Translations under genes and position numbers: made by a program | Part shown: positions 18,946 through 26,887 of the stretch, piece by piece | How positions within the stretch are numbered: the stretch's first letter is position 1 | Layout: each line of letters opens with the position of its first letter | The notes under the pieces: generated by a model | What the model was told of the DNA's origin: nothing | Databases searched by the model: none | What the model saw: only the letters and a program-made list of their open reading frames with translations | Assembly (NCBI GenBank): GCA_045652745.1 | Contig: JAZRUW010000012.1 | Span: 2,089 to 66,088 of the forward strand | Reading direction: 5' to 3' | DNA from: Clostridia bacterium | Lineage (GTDB): Bacteria > Bacillota > Clostridia > UBA1381 > UMGS1253 | DNA length: 64,000 nucleotides

Positions 18946-19674
18946 TTATTGATTCGGCGTCCAAAGTTCCTTTTTATAGCGTTCGGTGTATTGTTTGAGA
19001 ATTTCTTTGAAATCGGCCGGCTCATCTATGCTGTAACTGTTGGCGAAAAATGCAATTTGGTTGATGACGTGTACCGTGTTCGGGTCAAGAAGACACTCGG
19101 TATTCAGATGTTCTTTGAATGCACCCGGGATTTCGTAAATGACCGGAAAGTGCGATCTGTCGTCCATGTTCCAGTAGTAATAGGTATCATCCGATTTGTA
19201 GGCATAGGCAAGCGCTTTTTTGGATAAATTGTGCTCGGCATAGGCTTTTTCTATGCGAAAATCACCATTGTCAAAGGCCGAAATCCATGCATTGACCTCG
19301 TGTGCTTCTTCCGGTGCTTTTCGCGGGTGCCAACGGAAAGCATCGTCTTGCAGATCCCAAAAGAATTCTACGCCATCAAATTCTATCGGTACAAGACGGT
19401 TTTCGGTAGTCGGGAAAGTAAAACTTTGCTTGGTAGCACCGCTTTTGTCGGTCGCATCCTTTTCGTAGACATCAAATTCAAAAACCAAGCTGTCCTCATA
19501 AATACATATGTGCAGCGGCACAAAGGTTTTTTCTCCGACTGTGATGGCTCTGCCCATCAGTTCAACCATTTGGATTTCGCGAACCGGCATCTTTTCCGGC
19601 GACTGTATTGTTTCCGCTTCGGGTGCGTATTTCGGTTTTCTTTTAAAAAGGGACTTAAAAATATTCATGGTCAT
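18946..19674 (-). CDS. hypothetical protein (no recognisable family)
   Basis: 242-aa ORF with coding-like composition, bounded by a terminator. No motif recognised. Confidence 0.55.
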   Translation of the reverse strand: MTMNIFKSLFKRKPKYAPEAETIQSPEKMPVREIQMVELMGRAITVGEKTFVPLHICIYEDSLVFEFDVYEKDATDKSGATKQSFTFPTTENRLVPIEFDGVEFFWDLQDDAFRWHPRKAPEEAHEVNAWISAFDNGDFRIEKAYAEHNLSKKALAYAYKSDDTYYYWNMDDRSHFPVIYEIPGAFKEHLNTECLLDPNTVHVINQIAFFANSYSIDEPADFKEILKQYTERYKKELWTPNQ

Positions 19675-19905
19675 CCTCCGTATTTGTCTTTGCTATATTA
19701 TACTTTATTTCCGGCGGTTTTTCAAGAAAAGAATTAAAAAACGGATACCTTGTTGTATAATGCGTGCAAATAAAAAACGAAAGGGGGAATACGGCTCTGA
19801 ATATATCAATGGGAATCTACCGACTCTATGACAATGTATGTATCATATGTATAATTTCTTTTTGGCGTTATTACAGCAACCGGTCAAGTGAAAGGTAAAC
19901 GGAAA

Positions 19906-19934
19906 TTGACGAAAGCGGGAATGTTTGGTATACT
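19906..19934 (+). promoter_or_regulatory. sigma-A promoter
   Basis: TTGACG (19906-19911), 17-nt spacer, TGgTATACT (19926-19934). It is followed by an approximately 130-nt leader. Confidence 0.55.
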
Positions 19935-20065
19935 AAAACAGAGGTATAAATTTATGAGATAAAAACTTTTGTTTCAGGATAACTGGTTGTTTTACGAAGG
20001 AGAAATTGGGTTGGATGCCCCAAAGATAACAGCGAATATTCTGTGTGGATTGTGAGGAGGTAAAC

Positions 20066-20227
20066 ATGGCGGATTTGATTTTGATTGCGGTTTTAATTGT
20101 AGTTTTCGTTGTGGCCGCATGGTATACATTTAAAAAGAAAAAGAGCGGTTGCGGCGGCTGTGGTGGCTGTCCGCATGCGGGCGCATGCAGCAAGTCTGCG
20201 TGTGACTGTGAAAACAAGAAAAAATGA
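20066..20227 (+). CDS. FeoB-associated Cys-rich membrane peptide family
   Basis: MADLILIAVLIVVFVVAAWYTFKKKKSGCGGCGGCPHAGACSKSACDCENKKK is one TM helix plus a CGGCGGC tail, typical of this family. GAGGAGG RBS. Confidence 0.65.
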   Translation: MADLILIAVLIVVFVVAAWYTFKKKKSGCGGCGGCPHAGACSKSACDCENKKK

Positions 20228-20231
20228 CCAA

Positions 20232-20259
20232 GAGCGAAGTTGTCCGGCTTCGCTTTTTT
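20232..20259 (+). terminator. rho-independent terminator
   Basis: agcgaag-N8-cttcgct followed by tttttt. Confidence 0.6.
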
Positions 20260-20318
20260 GTGTGCAGATTGACATAAAAGGGAAAATATGCTATTCTTTC
20301 TACATGGAGGAAGGACTT

Positions 20319-20816
20319 ATGCATGAGCCATTGGAGATTGAACGTAAATATTTAATTGCCTATCCGGATGAAGCGGTTTTGCTTGCCCAGAAGGGCTGCG
20401 CGAAAACGCAAATTCACCAGACCTATCTAAATGCCGGTGCGGACGGTGCCGAGCGGCGCGTGCGGATGCGCAGCGGCGCGGAGGGTGCAGTGTATACTTA
20501 TACGGAAAAGGTGTTTTTGTCAGCGATGCGCCGCATTGAACGTGAGCGCGAAATCGGCGAAACGGAGTATGAGCGTTTGTTGTTTGAAGCAGAGCCGTCT
20601 ATGCAGACGCTTGAAAAATTTCGCTACTGTATTCCGGTTGGCGATATTGTATACGAAATTGATGTGTATCCGCAAATTCAAGATTGGGCGATTTTGGAAA
20701 TTGAACTGGAGGATGAAAATCAGAAAGTTTGTCTGCCGGACTTTGTGCAGGTTTTGCGTGAGGTAACGGGGGAGAAGGAATACAGCAACAAATACTTGGC
20801 AAGAAGGAAAAAATAA
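20319..20816 (+). CDS. CYTH-domain protein (triphosphate tunnel metalloenzyme / class IV cyclase-like)
   Basis: N-terminal MHEPLEIERKYL carries the ExExK signature, with later EREREIGETEYE and WAILEIELEDE acidic strands. GGAGG lies 8 nt upstream of the ATG at 20319. The track ORF from 20109 is an extension. Confidence 0.75.
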   Translation: MHEPLEIERKYLIAYPDEAVLLAQKGCAKTQIHQTYLNAGADGAERRVRMRSGAEGAVYTYTEKVFLSAMRRIEREREIGETEYERLLFEAEPSMQTLEKFRYCIPVGDIVYEIDVYPQIQDWAILEIELEDENQKVCLPDFVQVLREVTGEKEYSNKYLARRKK

Positions 20817-20817
20817 T

Positions 20818-21186
20818 ATGAATAAACTTGAAAAATATATTGATGTATGCGATTTTGAGGGCGAAGGGTATTCGCATGTGGTGGATTTCGGCGCATGGAC
20901 AGCAGCGGTCATCAACTACGCACCGCGCTTTGATGAAGCGGAGTTTAAGAAAATGGAGCGCCATAACGAAACCGATGAGGTGTTTATCTTGGTAGAGGGC
21001 AGTGCAAAACTCTACTACGGCGGTGATCCGGCAAAACCGGAGAGCGTAGAGATGATTCCGCACAAATTCTACAATGTGCGCAAGGGAATGTGGCACGGCA
21101 TTACGGTTAGCCGCGATGCGCGCGTGATTCTTGTGGAAAATGCGGATACCGGCACGGCGAATTCCGACTACTATTATTTTAAATAA
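20818..21186 (+). CDS. cupin-fold protein (ureidoglycolate-lyase-like)
   Basis: MERHNETDEVFILVEGSAKLYYGG..WHGITV resembles small cupins. The start lies 1 nt after the CYTH stop, so the two are translationally coupled. Confidence 0.5.
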   Translation: MNKLEKYIDVCDFEGEGYSHVVDFGAWTAAVINYAPRFDEAEFKKMERHNETDEVFILVEGSAKLYYGGDPAKPESVEMIPHKFYNVRKGMWHGITVSRDARVILVENADTGTANSDYYYFK

Positions 21187-21190
21187 GCAC

Positions 21191-21219
21191 AAAAAAGCCG
21201 ATGCAGGTCGGCTTTTTTT
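21191..21219 (+). terminator. rho-independent terminator
   Basis: aaaaaagccga-tgcagg-tcggctttttt. Confidence 0.75.
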
Positions 21220-21301
21220 GTGTGTTTTCGTCTATTGATTTTGTTTTTCGACAGGCGTATAATAAAATAATGTGAAAAGTATATAAGGGGGATGTTTTTG
21301 C

Positions 21302-22963
21302 TTGATTAAAAAATATGTCCGGGATTTAAAGAAAGAATTTTTCGGTTATAACGCATCGAAATTTACAAAAGACTTGATGGCGGGTATTACGGTTGCGGCA
21401 GTTGCGCTCCCGTTTGCATTGGCATTCAGCGTCAGCGCAGGGGCGGATGCAGCGGCAGGCTTGATTACTGCGATTTTTTCCGGTATTTTGGTCGGCGGTC
21501 TGGGCGGCGCGTCGTTTCAGATTTCCGGACCGACGGGTACAATGTCGGCGGTTTTGCTTGTCCTGGCGATGACTTACGGCATTACGGGTATTTTAACGGC
21601 CGGTCTTATTGCCGGCGCGATTATGCTGTTGTTTGCGCTCTTTAGAGTCGGCAAGCTGGTTTCGTATATACCGAATGCGGTTATTATGGGCTTTACATCC
21701 GGTGTGGCAATTATTATTGCACTTAGTCAGGTGGATAGCTTTTTTGGAACAACCTCTGCAGGTGCGACAACGCTTGAAAAGATTGCATCGTATTTTCAAA
21801 ACGGATTTGACATCCACATGCCGACGATGTTGTTTGGTTTGGCCGTTGTTTTGCTGATGGTGATTTATCCGAAAAAGTGGCAGGAAAAATTCCCGTCTTC
21901 GCTGGCGGCCCTGATTGTAACTTTGGTTGCAAATATGCTGATTTTCCCGCAGGGCGGAGTGGTTGCCGAGGTGGGTGATATTCCGAAAAGCCTGATGACG
22001 GATAGCGCACTTTTGAAAACGGGCATTGATTTTCAAAACATTTCCGCCTACCTTGCACCGGCGTTTTCCGTTGCGGTTTTAGGTATGGTAGAAAGCCTTT
22101 TGTGCGGTGCCAGTGCCGGTAAAATGAAAGGTGAAAAGATTGATTTGCAACGCGAATTGGTGGCGCAGGGTATCGGCAATATGGTGATTCCGCTCTTTGG
22201 CGGTGTACCGACGGCGGCGGTGATTGCGCGCACCAGTGTCGGTATTAAAAACGGCGGGCAGACCCGATTGGTTAACGTTATTCATTCCATTACTTTGATT
22301 TTGTCTATGTTCTTGCTCGGCCCGATTATGAAGCGTATTCCGCTTTCGGCGCTGGCCGGTATTTTGATGGTAACGGCTTGGCGCCTCAACAACTGGAAAA
22401 ACATCGGCGATTTGTTTAAGGGTAAAAGACATACGGAGAGTGCGCAGTTTTTGATTACGATGCTTTCTACCGTGGTATTCGATTTGGCAACGGCGATTGT
22501 CATCGGTATTGTATTTTCGGCACTGGTGTTTATCGTGCAAAGTTGTAATCTGCGTGTGTCCGTCTGCAATGTCGACAGAGAAAAGACACAACAGCAAGGC
22601 ATTGTTGGCAGTTATAAGTATACGAAAATCGTGTATTTGTCCGGCCCGATGTTTTTCGGTACGCAGGACAGATTGACGGAAGCACTTGATGAAATTGAGG
22701 CAGATACCTTAGATGTGATTTTCTCCATGCGTGGTGTGCCGAGCATCGATGCAAGTGCGATGATTGAGCTTGAAGACATTTATGATGATTTTAAGAAAAA
22801 AGGGATTCGTGTATTGTTTAGCGGATTAAATGAGCGTGTGAGCACAGAGTTTGAGCAAAGCGGTTTTGCCGATAAAATCGGCAGAGAAAGCATCCATTGG
22901 GATGCGGTTGCAGCGATGCGTGTGATTGAACGCGAAGTATTTATTCCGGCACAAAGTGAATGA
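21302..22963 (+). CDS. SulP-family anion transporter with C-terminal STAS domain
   Basis: FTKDLMAGITVAAVALPFALAFSVSAGA is the SulP N-terminus. The C-terminal STAS region is IVYLSGPMFFGTQDRL..IFSMRGVPSIDASAM. TTG start. Confidence 0.85.
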   Translation: MIKKYVRDLKKEFFGYNASKFTKDLMAGITVAAVALPFALAFSVSAGADAAAGLITAIFSGILVGGLGGASFQISGPTGTMSAVLLVLAMTYGITGILTAGLIAGAIMLLFALFRVGKLVSYIPNAVIMGFTSGVAIIIALSQVDSFFGTTSAGATTLEKIASYFQNGFDIHMPTMLFGLAVVLLMVIYPKKWQEKFPSSLAALIVTLVANMLIFPQGGVVAEVGDIPKSLMTDSALLKTGIDFQNISAYLAPAFSVAVLGMVESLLCGASAGKMKGEKIDLQRELVAQGIGNMVIPLFGGVPTAAVIARTSVGIKNGGQTRLVNVIHSITLILSMFLLGPIMKRIPLSALAGILMVTAWRLNNWKNIGDLFKGKRHTESAQFLITMLSTVVFDLATAIVIGIVFSALVFIVQSCNLRVSVCNVDREKTQQQGIVGSYKYTKIVYLSGPMFFGTQDRLTEALDEIEADTLDVIFSMRGVPSIDASAMIELEDIYDDFKKKGIRVLFSGLNERVSTEFEQSGFADKIGRESIHWDAVAAMRVIEREVFIPAQSE

Positions 22964-22970
22964 TTTTACG

Positions 22971-22996
22971 AAAAAAGCGACTTGGTCGCTTTTTTG
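22971..22996 (+). terminator. rho-independent terminator
   Basis: aaaaagcgac-ttg-gtcgcttttt. Confidence 0.7.
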
Positions 22997-23097
22997 TGTT
23001 TTGTAAAGAAACTTTTAACAATTCAAAAAGATACTTTCCATTTAAAGTAAATTGTGGTAGAGTATAAAAGCGAATTTGAAATCGGAGGGAGTTTGCC

Positions 23098-24948
23098 GTG
23101 CAAGTAAAAGAAAAAATGAAGGAAATTGTATCCGGCGTGCAGAAAAAGAACGGCGGTAAAGGAAAAAAGAGATGGGTTCGCCTTGGCATAATCGCATTGA
23201 TTGTAGCTGCAATTTTAATTGGCGTGCTACGCTGCGCTCTGCCGAAAGAGGAGAAAACATCGGCGGCGGTGATTTCCGCCAGCGCAGTTACGCGCGGCGA
23301 TGTGGTCAATTATCTGACGGGCAGCGGTATGATTGAAGCGATGGATTCTTATGACATCGTTGCAAAGGTACAGGGCGATATTTTGTCCTCACCGTTTGAA
23401 GAGGGGCAGATTGTAAACAAAGATGATGTGCTCTACGTTTTTGACAGTGAGGATGCACAGCAGTCGCTTCGCAGTCAGCAAAACAGCTATGATTCTCAAA
23501 AGATTTCTTATGATACAGAGCAAAAGAAATGGGAGAAGTTTACGGTGACGGCGCCGGTGAGCGGCTATGTAAAAGACATAGACGCGGCTTTGCGTGTCGG
23601 CGATGAGGTTGCAAACGGCACACGTCTTGCGACGGTCAATGCGCAGACGGTGGAGGTCAGCCTTCCGTTTGCGGCATCGGCAAAGGATTTGGTTGCGGTC
23701 GGCACAAGCGTGCAACTCTCCAGTTCGAAATATATGACCAATGCACTTTACGGCACGGTCAGCAAAGTGGGCGGTGTGTATGCCGGCAGCTTTGATGTAA
23801 CTGTAAGCTTTACCAATCCCGGACAGATGGAGGAGGGCGATGTCCTCGGTGCGCGTATTGGTTCGGTGCAGTCTTCCGGTACAGGCAAATGCCGTGTGGC
23901 CAATGCAGTTGAAGCGGAAATTTCCGGCGAAATTGCATCCATCTGCGTAAAAAACGGCGACTTTGTGCAGAAAGGTACGGTGCTGTTTACGTTAGAGGAT
24001 GAGGACACCAAAAATGATTTGCGCAGAAGCCAGATCAATTTTGACAATGCAGGCATTTCGCTTCAAAAGGCTTATGATACATTAGATAATTATACGATTT
24101 TATCTCCGATTACGGGAACGGTCATTCAAAAGAATTACAAAGCCGGAGATACACTCGGCAATTCCGCAAACTCTGCAGTGCTTGCGACGATTGCGGATAT
24201 TTCCAATATGAAGTTTACTATCAATGTGGATGAATTGGACATTTCGGGCGTGCAGCTCGGACAAAAAGTCGAGGTTGTGGCGGACGCTATTGCGGACACC
24301 GTGTTTGAAGGTGAAATTACAAAAATTATTCAGCAGGGCAGCGGCTCGAGCGGCGTAACCACCTATCCGGTGGAGGTGACTATTGCCGAGCCGGGGGCGC
24401 TGAAAATCGGCATGAATGTAACGGCGACGGTGCAGATGGCGGCGGCGCAGAATGTAGTTAAGGTGCCGCTGGAGGCCGTGAGTATGCGCGGCGGTAAGAC
24501 TTATGTGCAGGTGCTGAAAAAGTCGGTGCAGGAAAAGGTATTCGGCATGGCCGTGAAAGAAGATGCGCAGAAAGGCGAGGTGCCGCCGATGGGTGAAATG
24601 CCGAAGCGGGATTTTGCGCAGAAAGCGGATACAGAGAAGCAAACCGCAGAAAAGAAAACAGAGTATACATATACAGACGATGATTTTGAATTGCGCGAAG
24701 TGACAACTGGCGTCAGCAGCGATGCGGAAATTGAAATTGTCAGCGGTCTTGAGGTTGGTGCGTATGTCAAAATTGTGCAGACGGTCAACAACCGCACGAA
24801 TATGGGCTTTGGTGGCATGAGTGGTATCGGCGCAATGCACAGCGGCATGAGGGGCGGCGGTATGCGAACCGGCGGTATGAGCGGCGGCATGGGCAGCAAC
24901 ATGCCTTCGGGCGGTATGCGAACCGGCGGTATGAGCGGAGGTAGATAA
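23098..24948 (+). CDS. efflux periplasmic adaptor (HlyD/MacA-like) with a Gly/Met-rich C-terminal tail
   Basis: N-terminal TM helix, then barrel-sandwich/lipoyl-like segments (..ILSPITGTVIQKNYKAGD..). It lies in an operon with a MacB-type ATPase and FtsX-type permease. GTG start 7 nt after GGAGGGAG. Confidence 0.8.
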   Translation: MQVKEKMKEIVSGVQKKNGGKGKKRWVRLGIIALIVAAILIGVLRCALPKEEKTSAAVISASAVTRGDVVNYLTGSGMIEAMDSYDIVAKVQGDILSSPFEEGQIVNKDDVLYVFDSEDAQQSLRSQQNSYDSQKISYDTEQKKWEKFTVTAPVSGYVKDIDAALRVGDEVANGTRLATVNAQTVEVSLPFAASAKDLVAVGTSVQLSSSKYMTNALYGTVSKVGGVYAGSFDVTVSFTNPGQMEEGDVLGARIGSVQSSGTGKCRVANAVEAEISGEIASICVKNGDFVQKGTVLFTLEDEDTKNDLRRSQINFDNAGISLQKAYDTLDNYTILSPITGTVIQKNYKAGDTLGNSANSAVLATIADISNMKFTINVDELDISGVQLGQKVEVVADAIADTVFEGEITKIIQQGSGSSGVTTYPVEVTIAEPGALKIGMNVTATVQMAAAQNVVKVPLEAVSMRGGKTYVQVLKKSVQEKVFGMAVKEDAQKGEVPPMGEMPKRDFAQKADTEKQTAEKKTEYTYTDDDFELREVTTGVSSDAEIEIVSGLEVGAYVKIVQTVNNRTNMGFGGMSGIGAMHSGMRGGGMRTGGMSGGMGSNMPSGGMRTGGMSGGR

Positions 24949-24950
24949 GT

Positions 24951-25685
24951 ATGGGACTTGAGCTTATATCCGATGCAGAATATATGGTAGACATCCGTGA
25001 TATGTATAAGATTTATCAGATGGGTGACAACGAAGTGCGCGCACTCGACGGTGTGAACTTGAAAATCAAGCCGCACGAATTTGTGTCCATCATCGGTCCG
25101 TCCGGTTCGGGCAAATCGACGCTGATGAATATGATTGGCTGTCTGGATACGCCGACGAGCGGTGCGTATTATATTGACGGCAATGAAGCGGAGGCGCTCG
25201 ATGATGATGCCCAGGCGTTTATCCGCAATAAAAAAATCGGCTTTATTTTTCAGCAGTACAATCTGCTTCCGAAGCTGACGGTGGAGGAAAATGTGGAACT
25301 GCCGCTGATTTATGCGGGCTACAGTGCAGAGGAACGCAAGGAAATGACGCGTGTGGCATTGGAACGTGTCGGTTTATATGACCGAAGAAAACATAAGCCG
25401 TCCGAGCTTTCCGGCGGACAGCAGCAGAGAACCTCCATTGCACGTGCGCTTGCGGCACGTCCGCCGATGATTTTAGCGGATGAACCGACCGGTGCGCTTG
25501 ATTCCAAAACGGGTGCAGAGGTTTTGGCGATGCTTAAAGAATTGCACGCCGACGGTAAAACCGTTGTGCTCATTACGCACGACAACACGATTGCCCATCA
25601 GGCGGACAGAATTGTGCGCATTATGGACGGAAAAATCGTGTTTGACAGTTTAACCGACGGCGGTAAAGAACAAGTGCATGTCTGA
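24951..25685 (+). CDS. ABC transporter ATP-binding protein (MacB/LolD type)
   Basis: Walker [10 protein letters not shown], signature LSGGQQQR, Walker [12 protein letters not shown]. Confidence 0.9.
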   Translation: MGLELISDAEYMVDIRDMYKIYQMGDNEVRALDGVNLKIKPHEFVSIIGPSGSGKSTLMNMIGCLDTPTSGAYYIDGNEAEALDDDAQAFIRNKKIGFIFQQYNLLPKLTVEENVELPLIYAGYSAEERKEMTRVALERVGLYDRRKHKPSELSGGQQQRTSIARALAARPPMILADEPTGALDSKTGAEVLAMLKELHADGKTVVLITHDNTIAHQADRIVRIMDGKIVFDSLTDGGKEQVHV

Positions 25686-25699
25686 AGGAGGGGGAAACG

Positions 25700-26878
25700 T
25701 TGAACTTTTCACAATGCCTGAAAATGGCGATTAAAAGTATACTGTCCAACAAAGTACGTTCTCTTCTGACAATGCTCGGAACGATTATCGGTGTAGCCTC
25801 GGTGATTGCGCTGATGGCCATCGGTCAGGGAACGACCAATACAATCACAGATACGATTGCGTCGGCGGGAACAGATATTGTTACGCTGATGATTCCGGGG
25901 CGCGGCGACAAGACCCTGGAGCCGGAGGAATTAAACGAGTTTGTGGAAAACAATCCGACTTATTTTACGGCGGCGGTGCCGGTGATTTCGGCATCGGCAA
26001 CTGTAAAAAACGGCAATAAGAATACGGAAGGTTCTACGTCGTTGACCGGCACGGGCGCGGCGTATCAGACCATCAAAGAGCAGGAGCTTGAAAACGGCCG
26101 ATATTTAACGGATATTGATGTGGCTGAACGAAAACGAAATGCGGTCATCGGTACATATATCAAGCAGGAGCTGTTCGGCGGGTCGAACCCCATCGGTGCA
26201 ACGGTCAAAGTCAACGGCGAACCGTTTCGCGTGGTCGGTGTTTTGGAAGAAACGGCAGACAGCGAGGAGGGCAGCGCTGATGATACGATTGTAATTCCGT
26301 ACTCGGTGGCGGCGCGAATTCTGCGCAATGCGCGCCTCAGCAATTTTACCTTGCAGTTGACGGATGAAACTTTGCACGAACAGGCGACAGAGGTGCTCGA
26401 AAATCATTTGTACAAGAAATTTTCGGATGAAAATGCATACCGCGTGATTGCAAATGCGACACTCATTGATGCGCTGGGGGATGCACTCGACACCATGGTG
26501 GGCATGCTTGCCGGTATTGCGGCAATTTCTTTGTTGGTTGCAGGTATTGGTATTATGAATATTATGCTTGTTTCCGTTACGGAGCGTACGCGCGAAATCG
26601 GTATCCGCAAGGCTATCGGTGCAAAGCGAAAAAACATCCTTTTGCAGTTTTTGGTGGAAGCGATTATGATCAGTTCGCTCGGCGGCGTTGTGGGTATACT
26701 GCTCGGTGTCGGTTTGGGTGCGCTGATGGGCTCGCTGATGGGCATATCGGCGATGCCGGGTGTCGGAACGATTATTTTGTCGTTCGGCTTTTCGATGGCG
26801 ATGGGCATCTTTTTCGGATTTCATCCGGCCAATAAGGCATCCAAGCTGAATCCGATTGATGCGCTTAAGTTTGAATAG
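25700..26878 (+). CDS. ABC transporter permease (FtsX/MacB family)
   Basis: MAIKSILSNKVRSLLTMLGTIIGVASVIA at the N-terminus, a large extracytoplasmic loop and a C-terminal FtsX domain (..RTREIGIRKAIGAKRKNIL..). TTG start after GGAGGGGG. Confidence 0.85.
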   Translation: MNFSQCLKMAIKSILSNKVRSLLTMLGTIIGVASVIALMAIGQGTTNTITDTIASAGTDIVTLMIPGRGDKTLEPEELNEFVENNPTYFTAAVPVISASATVKNGNKNTEGSTSLTGTGAAYQTIKEQELENGRYLTDIDVAERKRNAVIGTYIKQELFGGSNPIGATVKVNGEPFRVVGVLEETADSEEGSADDTIVIPYSVAARILRNARLSNFTLQLTDETLHEQATEVLENHLYKKFSDENAYRVIANATLIDALGDALDTMVGMLAGIAAISLLVAGIGIMNIMLVSVTERTREIGIRKAIGAKRKNILLQFLVEAIMISSLGGVVGILLGVGLGALMGSLMGISAMPGVGTIILSFGFSMAMGIFFGFHPANKASKLNPIDALKFE

Positions 26879-26887
26879 AGGTGATTT

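Noticed and set aside
19941-20065. The roughly 130-nt leader of the Cys-rich peptide gene considered as a riboswitch.
   Set aside because: I could not recognise any known riboswitch core or a convincing terminator/antiterminator alternative. It is left unannotated.
20109-20318. Upstream extension of the CYTH ORF, overlapping the Cys-rich peptide gene.
   Set aside because: It would read through another gene and its terminator. GGAGG precedes the ATG at 20319, and CYTH proteins start a few residues before ExExK.
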